From Squalus acanthias (taxonomy: Eukaryota): a DNA stretch of 64,000 nt. The first letter of the stretch is position 1; each line of letters begins with the position of its first letter. The DNA lies in assembly GCA_030390025.1 (NCBI GenBank), contig JASTWF010000064.1, positions 372,001-436,000 on the forward strand, given 5' to 3'. Both the position numbers and the translations under genes were made by a program. The notes under the pieces were generated by a model. The model had not been told where the DNA came from. It searched no databases and was given only the letters and a program-made list of their open reading frames with translations. Shown here one piece after another: positions 46,853 through 61,800 of the stretch.

Positions 46853-49800
46853 TCCCCCTGTGGAGTCTCTGTAAGTACAGGCCCACTCTGTGACTCCCCC
46901 TGTGGAGTCTCTGTAAGTACAGACCCACTCTCTGCCTCCCGCTGTGGTGTCTCTGTAAGTACAGACCCACTCTGTGACTCCCCCCTGTGGAGTCTCGGTA
47001 AGTACAGACACACTCTGTGACACCCACTGTGGTGTCTCTGGTAAACATAGAAGATAGGAGCAGCAGTAGGCATTCGGCCCTTCGAGCCTGTTCTGCCATT
47101 TAATGAGATCATGGCTGATCATCCAAATTCAGTACCCTGTCCCTGTTTCTCCACATATCCCTTGATCCAGTAAGCCTTAATAAATATATCTAACTCAATC
47201 TTGAATATATTTAATGAATTTGCCTCAACTGCCTTGTGTGGTAGCGAATTCCACAGGTTCACCACTCTCTGGGTGAAGAAATTCCTCCTCCTCTCTGATT
47301 TAAATGGCTTACCCCTTATCTTTAGACTGTGACCCCTGGTTCTGGACTCCCCCGCGATCGGGAAGATCCTTCCTGCATCTCGTCTGTCCAGTCCTGTTAG
47401 TATTTAATAAGTTTCAATAAGATCCCCTCTCATTCTTCTAAACTCTAGCGAATATAAGCCTAATCGACCCAATCTCTCCTCATACTTCATTCCTTCCATC
47501 CCAGGTATCAGTCTGGTGAACCTTCGCTGCACTCTCTCCATGGCAAGAACATCCTACCACAGATAAGGTGACCAAAACTGCACACAGTACTCAAGGTGTG
47601 ATCTCACCAAGGCCCTGTACAAATGCAGCAAAACATCCTTGCTCCTGTACTCGAATTACATACCTCTCTGTGACTTCCTCTGTGGTGTCTCTGTAAGTAC
47701 AGAACCACTCTGTGACTCCCACTGTGGTGTCTCTGTAAGTACAGACCCACTCTGTTTCTCACCCTGTGGTGTCTCTGTAATTACAGACCCACTCTGTGAC
47801 TCCCCCTGTGGAGTCTCTGTAAGGACAGACCCACTCTGTGACTCCCCCTGTGGAGTCTCTGTAAGGACAGACCCACTCTGTGACTCCCCCTGTGGTGTCT
47901 CTGTAATTACAGACCCACTCTGTGACGACCTCTGTGGAGTCTTTGTATGTACAGACCCACTCTGTAATCCCATCTGTGGAGTCTCCGTAATACAGACCCA
48001 CTCTGTGACTCTCACTGTGGAGTCTCGGTAAGTACAGACACACTCTGTGACACCCGCTGTGTTGTCTCTGGTAAACATAGAAGATAGGAGCAGCAGTAGG
48101 CCATTCGGCCCTTCGAGCCTGTTCTGCCATTTAATGAGATCATGGCTGATCGTCCAAATTCAGTACCCTGTCCCTGTTTCTCCCCATATCTCTTGATCCA
48201 TTTAGCCTTAATAAATATATCAAACTCCTTCTTGAATATATTTAATGAATTGGCCTAAACTGCCTTGTGTGGTAGAGAATTCCACAGGTTCACCACACTC
48301 TGGGTGAAGAAATTCCTCCTCATCTCTGATTTAAATGGCTTACCCCTTATCTTTAGACTGTGACCCCTGGTTCTGGACTACCCCGCGATCGGGAAAATCC
48401 TTCCTGCATCTAGTCTGTCTAGTCCTGTCAGTATTTTATAAGTTTCAATAAGATCCCCTCTCATTCTTCTAAACACGAGCGAATATAAGCCTAATCGACC
48501 CAATCTCTCCTCATACTTCATTCCTGCCATCCCAGGTATCAGTCTGGTGAACCTTCGCTGCACTCTCTCCATGGCAAGAACACCCTTCCTCAGATAAGGT
48601 GACCAAAACTGCACAATGTACTCAAGGTGTGGTTTCAACAAGGCCCTGTACAAATGCAGCAAAACATCTTTGCTCCTGTACTCGAATTACTTACCTCTCT
48701 GTGACTCCCTCTGTGGTGTCTTTGTAAGTACAGACCCACTCTGTGACTCACCCTGTGGAGTCTCTGTGTACAGACCCACTCTGTGACTCCCCCTGTTGTG
48801 TCTCTGTAAGTACAGACACACTCTGTGACTCCCTCGGTGGAGTCTCTGTAAGTACAGACCCACTCTTTGACTCCCCCTGTGGTGTCTGTGGAAGTACAGA
48901 CCCACTCTGTGCCTCCCCCTGTGATGTCTCTGTAAGTACAGACCCAATCTGTGACACCCACTGTGGAGTCTCTCAGTACAGACCCAATCTGTGACACCCA
49001 CTGTGGTGTCTCTGTATGTACAGACCCACTCTGTGACTCCCCCTGTGGAGTCTCTGTAAGTTCAGACCCACTCTGTGACTCCCCCTGTGGAGTCTCTCAG
49101 TACAGACCCAATCTGTGACACCCACTGTGGTGTCTCTGTATGTACAGACCCACTCTGTGACTCCCCCTGTGGAGTCTCTGTAAGTAAAAACCCACCCTGT
49201 GACTCCCCCTGTGGTGTCTCTGTAATTACAGAACCACCCTGTGACGACCTCTGTGGATTCATTGTTTCTACATATCCACTCTGTGATCCCATCTGTGGAG
49301 TCTCCGTAATACAGACCCACTCTGTGACTCCCCCCTGCGGAGTCTCCGCAATACAGACCCACTCTGTGACACCCCCTGTGTTGTCTCTGGTAAACATAGA
49401 AGATAGGAGCAGGAGTAGGCCATTCGGCCCTTCGAGCCTGTTATGCCATTTAATGAGATCATGGCTGATCATCCAAATTCAGTACCCTCTCCCTGTTTCT
49501 CCCCATAACCATTGATCCATTTAGCCTTAATAAATATATCTAACTCCTTCTTGAATATATTTAATGAATTGGCCTCAACTGCCTTGTGTAGTAGAGAATT
49601 CCACAGGTTCACCACTCTCTGGGTGAAGAAATTCCTCCTCATCTCGGATTTAAATGGCTTATCCCTTATCCTTAGACTGTGACCCCTGGTTCTGGACTCC
49701 CCCGCGATCGGGAAGATCCTTCCTGCATCTAGTCTGTATTTGTCCTGTCAGTATTTTATAAGTTTCAATAAGATCCCCTCTCATTCTTCTAAACTCGAGC

Positions 49801-52800
49801 GAATATAAGCCTAATCGACCCAATCTCTCCTCATACTTCATTCCTGCCATCCCAGGTATCAGTCTGGTGAATCTTCGCTGTTCTCTCTCCATGGCAAGAA
49901 CACCCTACCTCAGATAAGGTGACCAAAACTGCACACAGTACACAAGGTGTGGTTTCAACAAGGCCCTGTACAAATGCAGCAAAACATCCTTGCTCCTGTA
50001 CTCGAAATACATACCTCTTGGTGACTCACTCTGTGGTGTCTCTGTAAGTACAGACCCACTCTGCGACTCCCCCTCTGGTATCTCTGTACGTACAGACCCA
50101 CTCTGTAACTCGCACTGTGGAGTCTCTGGATATACAAACCCACACTGTGACTCCCTAAGTGGTGACTCGGTAAGTACAGATCCACTCTGTGACTCCCTCT
50201 GCAGAGTCTCTGTAATATAGACCCAATCTCTGACTCCCCCTGTGCATAGTCTGTAAGTACAGATCCACTCTGTGACTCTCCCTGTGGAGTCTCCGTAACA
50301 CAGACCCACTCTGTGACTCCCACTGTGGTGTCTCTGTAATTACAGACCCACCCTCTGACTACCTCTGTGGAGTCTTTGTATGTACAGACCCACTCTGTGA
50401 CTCCCCCTGTGGTGTCTCTGTAAGTACAGACCCACTCTGTGACTCTCCCTGTGGAGTCTCTATCAGGACAGACCCACTCTGTAACTCGCACTGTGGAGTC
50501 TCTGGATATACAAACCCACACTGTGACTCCCTCAGTGGTGACTCTGTCAGTGCAGACGCACTCTGTGAATCCCCCTGCGTTTTCTCTGTAAGTACAGGCC
50601 CGCTCTCTGACTCCTCCTATGGTGTCTATATAAGTAAAGACCAACTCTGTGACTCCCCCTGTGCTGTGTCTGTCAGTACAGACCCACTTTGTGACTCCTT
50701 CTGTGTTGACTCTGTAAGTACAGACCCACTCTGTGACACCCACTGTGGTGTCTCTGGTAAACATAGAAGATAGGAGCAGCAGTAGGCATTCGGCCCTTCG
50801 AACCTGTTCTGCCATTTAATGAGATCATGGCTGATCATCCAAATTCAGTACCCTGTCCCTGTTTCTCCACATATCCCTTGATCCAGTAAGCCTTAATAAA
50901 TATATCTAACTCCTTCTTGAATATATTTAATGAATTTGCCTCAACTGCCTTGTGTGGTAGCGAATTCCACAGGTTCACCACTCTCTGGGTGAAGAAATTC
51001 CTCCTCATCTCTGATTTAAATGGCTTACCCCTTATCTTTAGATTGTGACCCCTGGTTCTGGACTCCTCCGCGATCGGGAAGATCCTTCCTGCATCTTGTC
51101 TGTCCAGTCCTGTTAGTATTTAATAAGTTTCAATAGATCCCCTCTCATTCTTCTAAACTCTAGCGAATATAAGCCTAATCGACCCAATCTCTCCTCATAC
51201 TTCATTCCTGCCATCCCAGGTATCAGTCTGGTGAACCTTCGCTGCACTCTCTCCATGGCAAGAACACCCTACCTCAGATAAGGTGACCAAAACTGCACAC
51301 AGTACTCAAGGTGTGGTCTCACCAAGGCCCTGCACAAATGCAGCAAAACATCCTTGCTCCTGTACTCGAATTACATACCTCTCTGTGACTCCCTCTGTGG
51401 TGTCTCGGTAAGTACAGACCCACTCTGTGACTCCCACTGTGGTGTCTCTGTAAGTACAGACCCACTCTGTTACTCACCCTGTGATGTCTCTGTAAGTACA
51501 GATCCACTCTGTGACTCCCCCTGTGGTGTCTCTGTAAGTACAGACCCACTCTGTTACTCACCCTGTGGTGTCTCTGTAAGTACAGATCCTCTCTGTGACT
51601 CCCCCTGTGGTGTCTCTGTAATTACAGACCCACTCTGTGACTCCCCCTGTGGAGTCTCTGTAAGGACAGACCCACTCTGTGACTCTCCCTGTGGTGTCTC
51701 TCAGTACAGACCCACTCTGTGACTCCCCCTGTATGTCACTGTAAGTACAGACCCACTCTGTGCCTCCCCCTGTGGTGTCTGTGGAAGTACAGACCCACTC
51801 TGTGACTCCCCCTGTGGAGTCTCTCAGTACAGACCCAATCTGTGACACCCACTGTGGTGTCTCTGTATGTACAGACCCACTCTGTGACTCCCCCTGTGGA
51901 GTCTCTGTAAGTAAAAACCCACCCTGTGACTCCCCTGTGGTGTCTCTGTAATTACAGAACCACCCTGTGACGACCTCTGTGGATTCATTGTATGTACATA
52001 TCCACTCTGTGATCCCATCTGTGGAGTCTCCGTAATACAGACCCACTCTGTGACTCCCCCCTGCGGAGTCTCCGCAATACAGACCCACTCTGTGACACCC
52101 CCTGTGTTGTCTCTGGTAAACATAGAAGATAGGAGCAGGAGTAGGCCATTCGGCCCTTCGAGCCTGTTATGCCATTTAATGAGATCATGGCTGATCATCC
52201 AAATTCAGTACCCTCTCCCTGTTTCTCCCCATAACCATTGATCCATTTAGCCTTAATAAATATATCTAACTCCTTCTTGAATATATTTAATGAATTGGCC
52301 TCAACTGCCTTGTGTAGTAGAGAATTCCACAGGTTCACCACTCTCTGGGTGAAGAAATTCCTCCTCATCTCGGATTTAAATGGCTTATCCCTTATCCTTA
52401 GACTGTGACCCCTGGTTCTGGACTCCCCCGCGATCGGGAAGATCCTTCCTGCATCTAGTCTGTATTTGTCCTGTCAGTATTTTATAAGTTTCAATAAGAT
52501 CCCCTCTCATTCTTCTAAACTCGAGCGAATATAAGCCTAATCGACCCAATCTCTCCTCATACTTCATTCCTGCCATCCCAGGTATCAGTCTGGTGAATCT
52601 TTGCTGTTCTCTCTCCATGGCAAGAACACCCTACCTCAGATAAGGTGACCAAAACTGCACACAGTACACAAGGTGTGGTTTCAACAAGGCCCTGTACAAA
52701 TGCAGCAAAACATCCTTGCTCCTGTACTCGAAATACATACCTCTTTGTGACTCACTCTGTGGTGTCTCTGTAAGTACAGACCCACTCTGCGACTCCCCCT

Positions 52801-55800
52801 CTGGTATCTCTGTACTTACAGACCCACTCTGTAACTCGCACTGTGGAGTCTCTGGATATACAAACCCACACTGTGACTCCCTAAGTGGTGACTCGGTAAG
52901 TACAGATCCACTCTGTGACTCCCTCTGCAGAGTCTCTGTAATATAGACCCAATCTCTGACTCCCCCTGTGCATAGTCTGTAAGTACAGATCCACTCTGTG
53001 ACTCTCCCTGTGGAGTCTCCGTAACACAGACCCACTCTGTGACTCCCACTGTGGTGTCTCTGTAATTACAGACCCACCCTCTGACTACCTCTGTGGAGTC
53101 TTTGTATGTACAGACCCACTCTGTGACTCCCCCTGTGGTGTCTCTGTAAGTACAGACCCACTCTGTGACTCTCCCTGTGGAGTCTCTATCAGGACAGACC
53201 CACTCTGTAACTCGCACTGTGGAGTCTCTGGATATACAAACCCACACTGTGACTCCCTCAGTGGTGACTCTGTCAGTGCAGACGCACTCTGTGAATCCCC
53301 CTGCGTTTTCTCTGTAAGTACAGGCCCGCTCTCTGACTCCTCCTATGGTGTCTATATAAGTAAAGACCAACTCTGTGACTCCCCCTGTGCTGTGTCTGTC
53401 AGTACAGACCCACTTTGTGACTCCTTCTGTGTTGACTCTGTAAGTACAGACCCACTCTGTGACACCCACTGTGGTGTCTCTGGTAAACATAGAAGATAGG
53501 AGCAGCAGTAGGCATTCGGCCCTTCGAACCTGTTCTGCCATTTAATGAGATCATGGCTGATCATCCAAATTCAGTACCCTGTCCCTGTTTCTCCACATAT
53601 CCCTTGATCCAGTAAGCCTTAATAAATATATCTAACTCCTTCTTGAATATATTTAATGAATTTGCCTCAACTGCCTTGTGTGGTAGCGAATTCCACAGGT
53701 TCACCACTCTCTGGTTGAAGAAATTCCTCCTCATCTCTGATTTAAATGGCTTTCCCCTTATCTTTAGATTGTGACCCCTGGTTCTGGACTCCTCCGCGAT
53801 CGGGAAGATCCTTCCTGCATCTTGTCTGTCCAGTCCTGTTAGTATTTAATAAGTTTCAATAGGATCCCCTCTCATTCTTCTAAACTCTAGCGAATATAAG
53901 CCTAATCGACCCAATCTCTCCTCATACTTCATTCCTGCCATCCCAGGTATCAGTCTGGTGAACCTTCGCTGCACTCTCTCCATGGCAAGAACACCCTACC
54001 TCAGATAAGGTGACCAAAACTGCACACAGTACTCAAGGTGTGGTCTCACCAAGGCCCTGCACAAATGCAGCAAAACATCCTTGCTCCTGTACTCGAATTA
54101 CATACCTCTCTGTGACTCCCTCTGTGGTGTCTCGGTAAGTACAGACCCACTCTGTGACTCCCACTGTGGTGTCTCTGTAAGTACAGACCCACTCTGTTAC
54201 TCACCCTGTGATGTCTCTGTAAGTACAGATCCACTCTGTGACTCCCCCTGTGGTGTCTCTGTAAGTACAGACCCACTCTGTTACTCACCCTGTGGTGTCT
54301 CTGTAAGTACAGATCCTCTCTGTGACTCCCCCTGTGGTGTCTCTGTAATTACAGACCCACTCTGTGACTCCCCCTGTGGAGTCTCTGTAAGGACAGACCC
54401 ACTCTGTGACTCTCCCTGTGGTGTCTCTCAGTACAGACCCACTCTGTGACTCCCCCTGTGGTGTCTCTGTAATTACAGACCCACTCTGTGACTCCCCCTG
54501 TGGAGTCTCTGTAATTACAGACCCACTCTGTGCCTCCCCCTGTGGTGTCTGTGGAAGTACAGACCCACTCTGTGACTCCCCCTGTGGAGTCTCTCAGTAC
54601 AGACCCAATCTGTGACACCCACTGTGGTGTCTCTGTATGTACAGGCTCACTCTGTGACTCCTCTGTGGTGTCTCTTTAAGTACAGAACCACTCTGTGACT
54701 CCCCCTTTGGAGTCTCTGTAAGTGCAGACCCACCCTGTGACTCCCCCTGTGGTGTCTCTGTAATTACAGACCCACCCTGTGACGACATCTGCGGAGTCTT
54801 TGTATGTACAGACCCACTCTGTGATCCCATCTGTGGCGTCTGCGTAATACAGACCCACTCTGTGACTCTCACTGTGGAGTCTCGGTAAGTACAGACACAC
54901 TCTGTGACACCCCCTGTGGTGTCTCTGGTAAACATAGAAGATAGGAGCAGCAGTAGGCCATTCGGCCCTTCGAGCCTGTTCTGCCATTTAATGAGATCAT
55001 GGCTGATCATCCAAATTCAGTACCCTGTCCCTGTTTCTCCCCATATCCCTTGATCCATTTAGCCTTAATAAATATATCTAACTCCTTCTTGAATATATTT
55101 AATGAATTGGCCTTAACTGCCTTGTGTGGTAGAGAATTCCAATGGTTCACCACTCTCTGGGTGAAGAAATTCCTCCTCATCTCTGATTTAAATGGCTTAC
55201 CCCTTATCTTTAGACTGTGACCCCTGGTTCTGGACTACCCTGCGATCGGGAAGATCCTTCCTGCATCTCGTCTGTCCAGTCCTGTTAGTATTTAATAAGT
55301 TTCAATAAGATCCCCTCTCATTCTTCTAAACTCTAGCGAATATAAGCCTAATCGACCCAATCTCTCCTCATACTTCATTCCTGCCATCCCAGGTATCAGT
55401 CTCGTGAACCATTGCTGCACTCTCTCCATGGCAAGAACACCCTTCCTCAGATAAGGTGACCAAAACTGCACAAAGTACTCAAGGTGTGGTTTCAACAAGG
55501 CCCTGTACAAATGCAGCAAAACATCTTTGCTCCTGTACTCGAATTACTTACCTCTCTGTGACTTCCTCTGTGGTGTCTTTGTAAGTACAGACCCACTCTG
55601 TGACTCACCCTGTGGAGTCTCTGTGTACAGACCCACTCTGTGACTCCCCCTGTATGTCACTGTAAGTACAGACCAACTCTGTGACTCCCTCTGTTGTGTC
55701 TCTGTAAGTACAGACACACTCTGTGACTCCCTCGGTGGTGTCTCTGTAAGTACAGACCCACTCTGTGACTCCCCCTGTTGTGTCTCTGTAAGTACAGACA

Positions 55801-58800
55801 CACTCTGTGACTCCCTCGGTGGTGTCTCTGCAAGTACAGACCCACTCTGTGTCTCCCCTGTGGAGTCTCTTTAAGTACAGACCCACTCTGTGACACCCAC
55901 TGTGGTGTCTCTGGTAAACATAGAAGATAGGAGCAGCAGTAGGCATTCGGCCCTTCGAACCTGTTCTGCCATTTAATGAGATCATGGCTGATCATCCAAA
56001 TTCAGTACCCTGTCCCTGTTTCTCCACATATCCCTTGATCCAGTAAGCCTTAATAAATATATCTAACTCCTTCTTGAATATATTTAATGAATTTGCCTCA
56101 ACTGCCTTGTGTGGTAGCGAATTCCACAGGTTCACCACTCTCTGGGTGAAGAAATTCCTCCTCATCTCTGATTTAAATGGCTTACCCCTTATCTTTAGAT
56201 TGTGACCCCTGGTTCTGGACTCCTCCGCGATCGGGAAGATCCTTCCTGCATCTTGTCTGTCCAGTCCTGTTAGTATTTAATAAGTTTCAATAGGATCCCC
56301 TCTCATTCTTCTAAACTCTAGCGAATATAAGCCTAATCGACCCAATCTCTCCTCATACTTCATTCCTGCCATCCCAGGTATCAGTCTGGTGAACCTTCGC
56401 TGCACTCTCTCCATGGCAAGAACACCCTACCTCAGATAAGGTGACCAAAACTGCACACAGTACTCAAGGTGTGGTCTCACCAAGGCCCTGCACAAATGCA
56501 GCAAAACATCCTTGCTCCTGTACTCGAATTACATACCTCTCTGTGACTCCCTCTGTGGTGTCTCGGTAAGTACAGACCCACTCTGTGACTCCCACTGTGG
56601 TGTCTCTGTAAGTACAGACCCACTCTGTTACTCACCCTGTGATGTCTCTGTAAGTACAGATCCACTCTGTGACTCATCCTGTGGTGTCTCTGTAAGTACA
56701 GACCCACTCTGTTACTCACCCTGTGGTGTCTCTGTAAGTACAGATCCTCTCTGTGACTCCCCCTGTGGTGTCTCTGTAATTACAGACCCACTCTGTGACT
56801 CCCCCTGTGGAGTCTCTGTAAGGACAGACCCACTCTGTGACTCTCCCTGTGGTGTCTCTCAGTACAGACCCACTCTGTGACTCCCCCTGTATGTCACTGT
56901 AAGTACAGACCCACTCTGTGCCTCCCCCTGTGGTGTCTGTGGAAGTACAGACCCACTCTGTGACTCCCCCTGTGGAGTCTCTCAGTACAGACCCAATCTG
57001 TGACACCCACTGTGGTGTCTCTGTATGTACAGACCCACTCTGTGACTCCCCCTGTGGAGTCTCTGTAAGTAAAAACCCACCCTGTGACTCCCCCTGTGGT
57101 GTCTCTGTAATTACAGAACCACCCTGTGACGACCTCTGTGGATTCATTGTATGTACATATCCACTCTGTGATCCCATCTGTGGAGTCTCCGTAATACAGA
57201 CCCACTCTGTGACTCCCCCCTGCGGAGTCTCCGCAATACAGACCCACTCTGTGACACCCCCTGTGTTGTCTCTGGTAAACATAGAAGATAGGAGCAGGAG
57301 TAGGCCATTCGGCCCTTCGAGCCTGTTATGCCATTTAATGAGATCATGGCTGATCATCCAAATTCAGTACCCTCTCCCTGTTTCTCCCCATAACCATTGA
57401 TCCATTTAGCCTTAATAAATATATCTAACTCCTTCTTGAATATATTTAATGAATTGGCCTCAACTGCCTTGTGTAGTAGAGAATTCCACAGGTTCACCAC
57501 TCTCTGGGTGAAGAAATTCCTCCTCATCTCGGATTTAAATGGCTTATCCCTTATCCTTAGACTGTGACCCCTGGTTCTGGACTCCCCCGCGATCGGGAAG
57601 ATCCTTCCTGCATCTAGTCTGTATTTGTCCTGTCAGTATTTTATAAGTTTCAATAAGATCCCCTCTCATTCTTCTAAACTCGAGCGAATATAAGCCTAAT
57701 CGACCCAATCTCTCCTCATACTTCATTCCTGCCATCCCAGGTATCAGTCTGGTGAATCTTTGCTGTTCTCTCTCCATGGCAAGAACACCCTACCTCAGAT
57801 AAGGTGACCAAAACTGCACACAGTACACAAGGTGTGGTTTCAACAAGGCCCTGTACAAATGCAGCAAAACATCCTTGCTCCTGTACTCGAAATACATACC
57901 TCTTTGTGACTCACTCTGTGGTGTCTCTGTAAGTACAGACCCACTCTGCGACTCCCCCTCTGGTATCTCTGTACTTACAGACCCACTCTGTAACTCGCAC
58001 TGTGGAGTCTCTGGATATACAAACCCACACTGTGACTCCCTAAGTGGTGACTCGGTAAGTACAGATCCACTCTGTGACTCCCTCTGCAGAGTCTCTGTAA
58101 TATAGACCCAATCTCTGACTCCCCCTGTGCATAGTCTGTAAGTACAGATCCACTCTGTGACTCTCCCTGTGGAGTCTCCGTAACACAGACCCACTCTGTG
58201 ACTCCCACTGTGGTGTCTCTGTAATTACAGACCCACCCTCTGACTACCTCTGTGGAGTCTTTGTATGTACAGACCCACTCTGTGACTCCCCCTGTGGTGT
58301 CTCTGTAAGTACAGACCCACTCTGTGACTCTCCCTGTGGAGTCTCTATCAGGACAGACCCACTCTGTAACTCGCACTGTGGAGTCTCTGGATATACAAAC
58401 CCACACTGTGACTCCCTCAGTGGTGACTCTGTCAGTGCAGACGCACTCTGTGAATCCCCCTGCGTTTTCTCTGTAAGTACAGGCCCGCTCTCTGACTCCT
58501 CCTATGGTGTCTATATAAGTAAAGACCAACTCTGTGACTCCCCCTGTGCTGTGTCTGTCAGTACAGACCCACTTTGTGACTCCTTCTGTGTTGACTCTGT
58601 AAGTACAGACCCACTCTGTGACACCCACTGTGGTGTCTCTGGTAAACATAGAAGATAGGAGCAGCAGTAGGCATTCGGCCCTTCGAACCTGTTCTGCCAT
58701 TTAATGAGATCATGGCTGATCATCCAAATTCAGTACCCTGTCCCTGTTTCTCCACATATCCCTTGATCCAGTAAGCCTTAATAAATATATCTAACTCCTT

Positions 58801-61800
58801 CTTGAATATATTTAATGAATTTGCCTCAACTGCCTTGTGTGGTAGCGAATTCCACAGGTTCACCACTCTCTGGTTGAAGAAATTCCTCCTCATCTCTGAT
58901 TTAAATGGCTTTCCCCTTATCTTTAGATTGTGACCCCTGGTTCTGGACTCCTCCGCGATCGGGAAGATCCTTCCTGCATCTTGTCTGTCCAGTCCTGTTA
59001 GTATTTAATAAGTTTCAATAGGATCCCCTCTCATTCTTCTAAACTCTAGCGAATATAAGCCTAATCGACCCAATCTCTCCTCATACTTCATTCCTGCCAT
59101 CCCAGGTATCAGTCTGGTGAACCTTCGCTGCACTCTCTCCATGGCAAGAACACCCTACCTCAGATAAGGTGACCAAAACTGCACACAGTACTCAAGGTGT
59201 GGTCTCACCAAGGCCCTGCACAAATGCAGCAAAACATCCTTGCTCCTGTACTCGAATTACATACCTCTCTGTGACTCCCTCTGTGGTGTCTCGGTAAGTA
59301 CAGACCCACTCTGTGACTCCCACTGTGGTGTCTCTGTAAGTACAGACCCACTCTGTTACTCACCCTGTGATGTCTCTGTAAGTACAGATCCACTCTGTGA
59401 CTCCCCCTGTGGTGTCTCTGTAAGTACAGACCCACTCTGTTACTCACCCTGTGGTGTCTCTGTAAGTACAGATCCTCTCTGTGACTCCCCCTGTGGTGTC
59501 TCTGTAATTACAGACCCACTCTGTGACTCCCCCTGTGGAGTCTCTGTAAGGACAGACCCACTCTGTGACTCTCCCTGTGGTGTCTCTCAGTACAGACCCA
59601 CTCTGTGACTCCCCCTGTGGTGTCTCTGTAATTACAGACCCACTCTGTGACTCCCCCTGTGGAGTCTCTGTAATTACAGACCCACTCTGTGCCTCCCCCT
59701 GTGGTGTCTGTGGAAGTACAGACCCACTCTGTGACTCCCCCTGTGGAGTCTCTCAGTACAGACCCAATCTGTGACACCCACTGTGGTGTCTCTGTATGTA
59801 CAGGCTCACTCTGTGACTCCTCTGTGGTGTCTCTTTAAGTACAGAACCACTCTGTGACTCCCCCTTTGGAGTCTCTGTAAGTGCAGACCCACCCTGTGAC
59901 TCCCCCTGTGGTGTCTCTGTAATTACAGACCCACCCTGTGACGACATCTGCGGAGTCTTTGTATGTACAGACCCACTCTGTGATCCCATCTGTGGCGTCT
60001 GCGTAATACAGACCCACTCTGTGACTCTCACTGTGGAGTCTCGGTAAGTACAGACACACTCTGTGACACCCCCTGTGGTGTCTCTGGTAAACATAGAAGA
60101 TAGGAGCAGCAGTAGGCCATTCGGCCCTTCGAGCCTGTTCTGCCATTTAATGAGATCATGGCTGATCATCCAAATTCAGTACCCTGTCCCTGTTTCTCCC
60201 CATATCCCTTGATCCATTTAGCCTTAATAAATATATCTAACTCCTTCTTGAATATATTTAATGAATTGGCCTTAACTGCCTTGTGTGGTAGAGAATTCCA
60301 ATGGTTCACCACTCTCTGGGTGAAGAAATTCCTCCTCATCTCTGATTTAAATGGCTTACCCCTTATCTTTAGACTGTGACCCCTGGTTCTGGACTACCCT
60401 GCGATCGGGAAGATCCTTCCTGCATCTCGTCTGTCCAGTCCTGTTAGTATTTAATAAGTTTCAATAAGATCCCCTCTCATTCTTCTAAACTCTAGCGAAT
60501 ATAAGCCTAATCGACCCAATCTCTCCTCATACTTCATTCCTGCCATCCCAGGTATCAGTCTCGTGAACCATTGCTGCACTCTCTCCATGGCAAGAACACC
60601 CTTCCTCAGATAAGGTGACCAAAACTGCACAAAGTACTCAAGGTGTGGTTTCAACAAGGCCCTGTACAAATGCAGCAAAACATCTTTGCTCCTGTACTCG
60701 AATTACTTACCTCTCTGTGACTTCCTCTGTGGTGTCTTTGTAAGTACAGACCCACTCTGTGACTCACCCTGTGGAGTCTCTGTGTACAGACCCACTCTGT
60801 GACTCCCCCTGTATGTCTCTGTAAGTACAGACCCACTCTGTGACTCCCCCTGTATGTCACTGTAAGTACAGACCAACTCTGTGACTCCCTCTGTTGTGTC
60901 TCTGTAAGTACAGACACACTCTGTGACTCCCTCGGTGGTGTCTCTGTAAGTACAGACCCACTCTGTGACTCCCCCTGTTGTGTCTCTGTAAGTACAGACA
61001 CACTCTGTGACTCCCTCGGTGGTGTCTCTGCAAGTACAGACCCACTCTGTGTCTCCCCTGTGGAGTCTCTTTAAGTACAGAACCACTCTGTGACTCCCCC
61101 TTTGGTCTCTGTAATTACAGAACCACTCTGTGACTCCCCCTGTGGAGTCTCTGTAAGTACAGACCCACCCTGTGACTCCCCCTGTGGTGTCTCTGTAATT
61201 ACGGACCCACTCTGTGACTCCCCCTGTGGAATCTCTGTAAGTACAGACCCACTCTGTTTCTCACCCTGTGGTGTCTCTGTAATTACAGACCCACTCTGTG
61301 ATCCCATCTGTGGAGTCTCCGTAATACAGACCCACTCTGTGACTCCCCCCTGTGGAGTCTCGGTAAGTACAGTCCCACTCTGTGACACCCCCTGTGGAGT
61401 ATCTGTAATACAGACCCACTCTGTGACTCCCCCCTGTGGAGTCTCCGTAATACAGACCCACTCTGTGACTCCCCCCTGTGGAGTCTCTGGTAAACATAGA
61501 AGATAGGAGCAGCAGTAGGCCATTCGGCCCTTCGAGCCTGTTCTGCCATTTAATGAGATCATGGCTGATCATCCAAATTCAGTACCCTGTCCCTGTTTCT
61601 CCCCATATCCCTTGATCCATTTAGCCTTAATAAATATATCTAACTCCTTCTTGAATATATTTAATGAATTGGCCTCAACTGCCTTGTGCGGTAGAGAATT
61701 CCACAGGTTCACCACTCTCTGGGTGAAGAAATTCCTCCTCATCTCTGATTTAAATGGCTTACCTCTTATCTTTAGACTGTGACCCCTGGTTCTGGACTCC

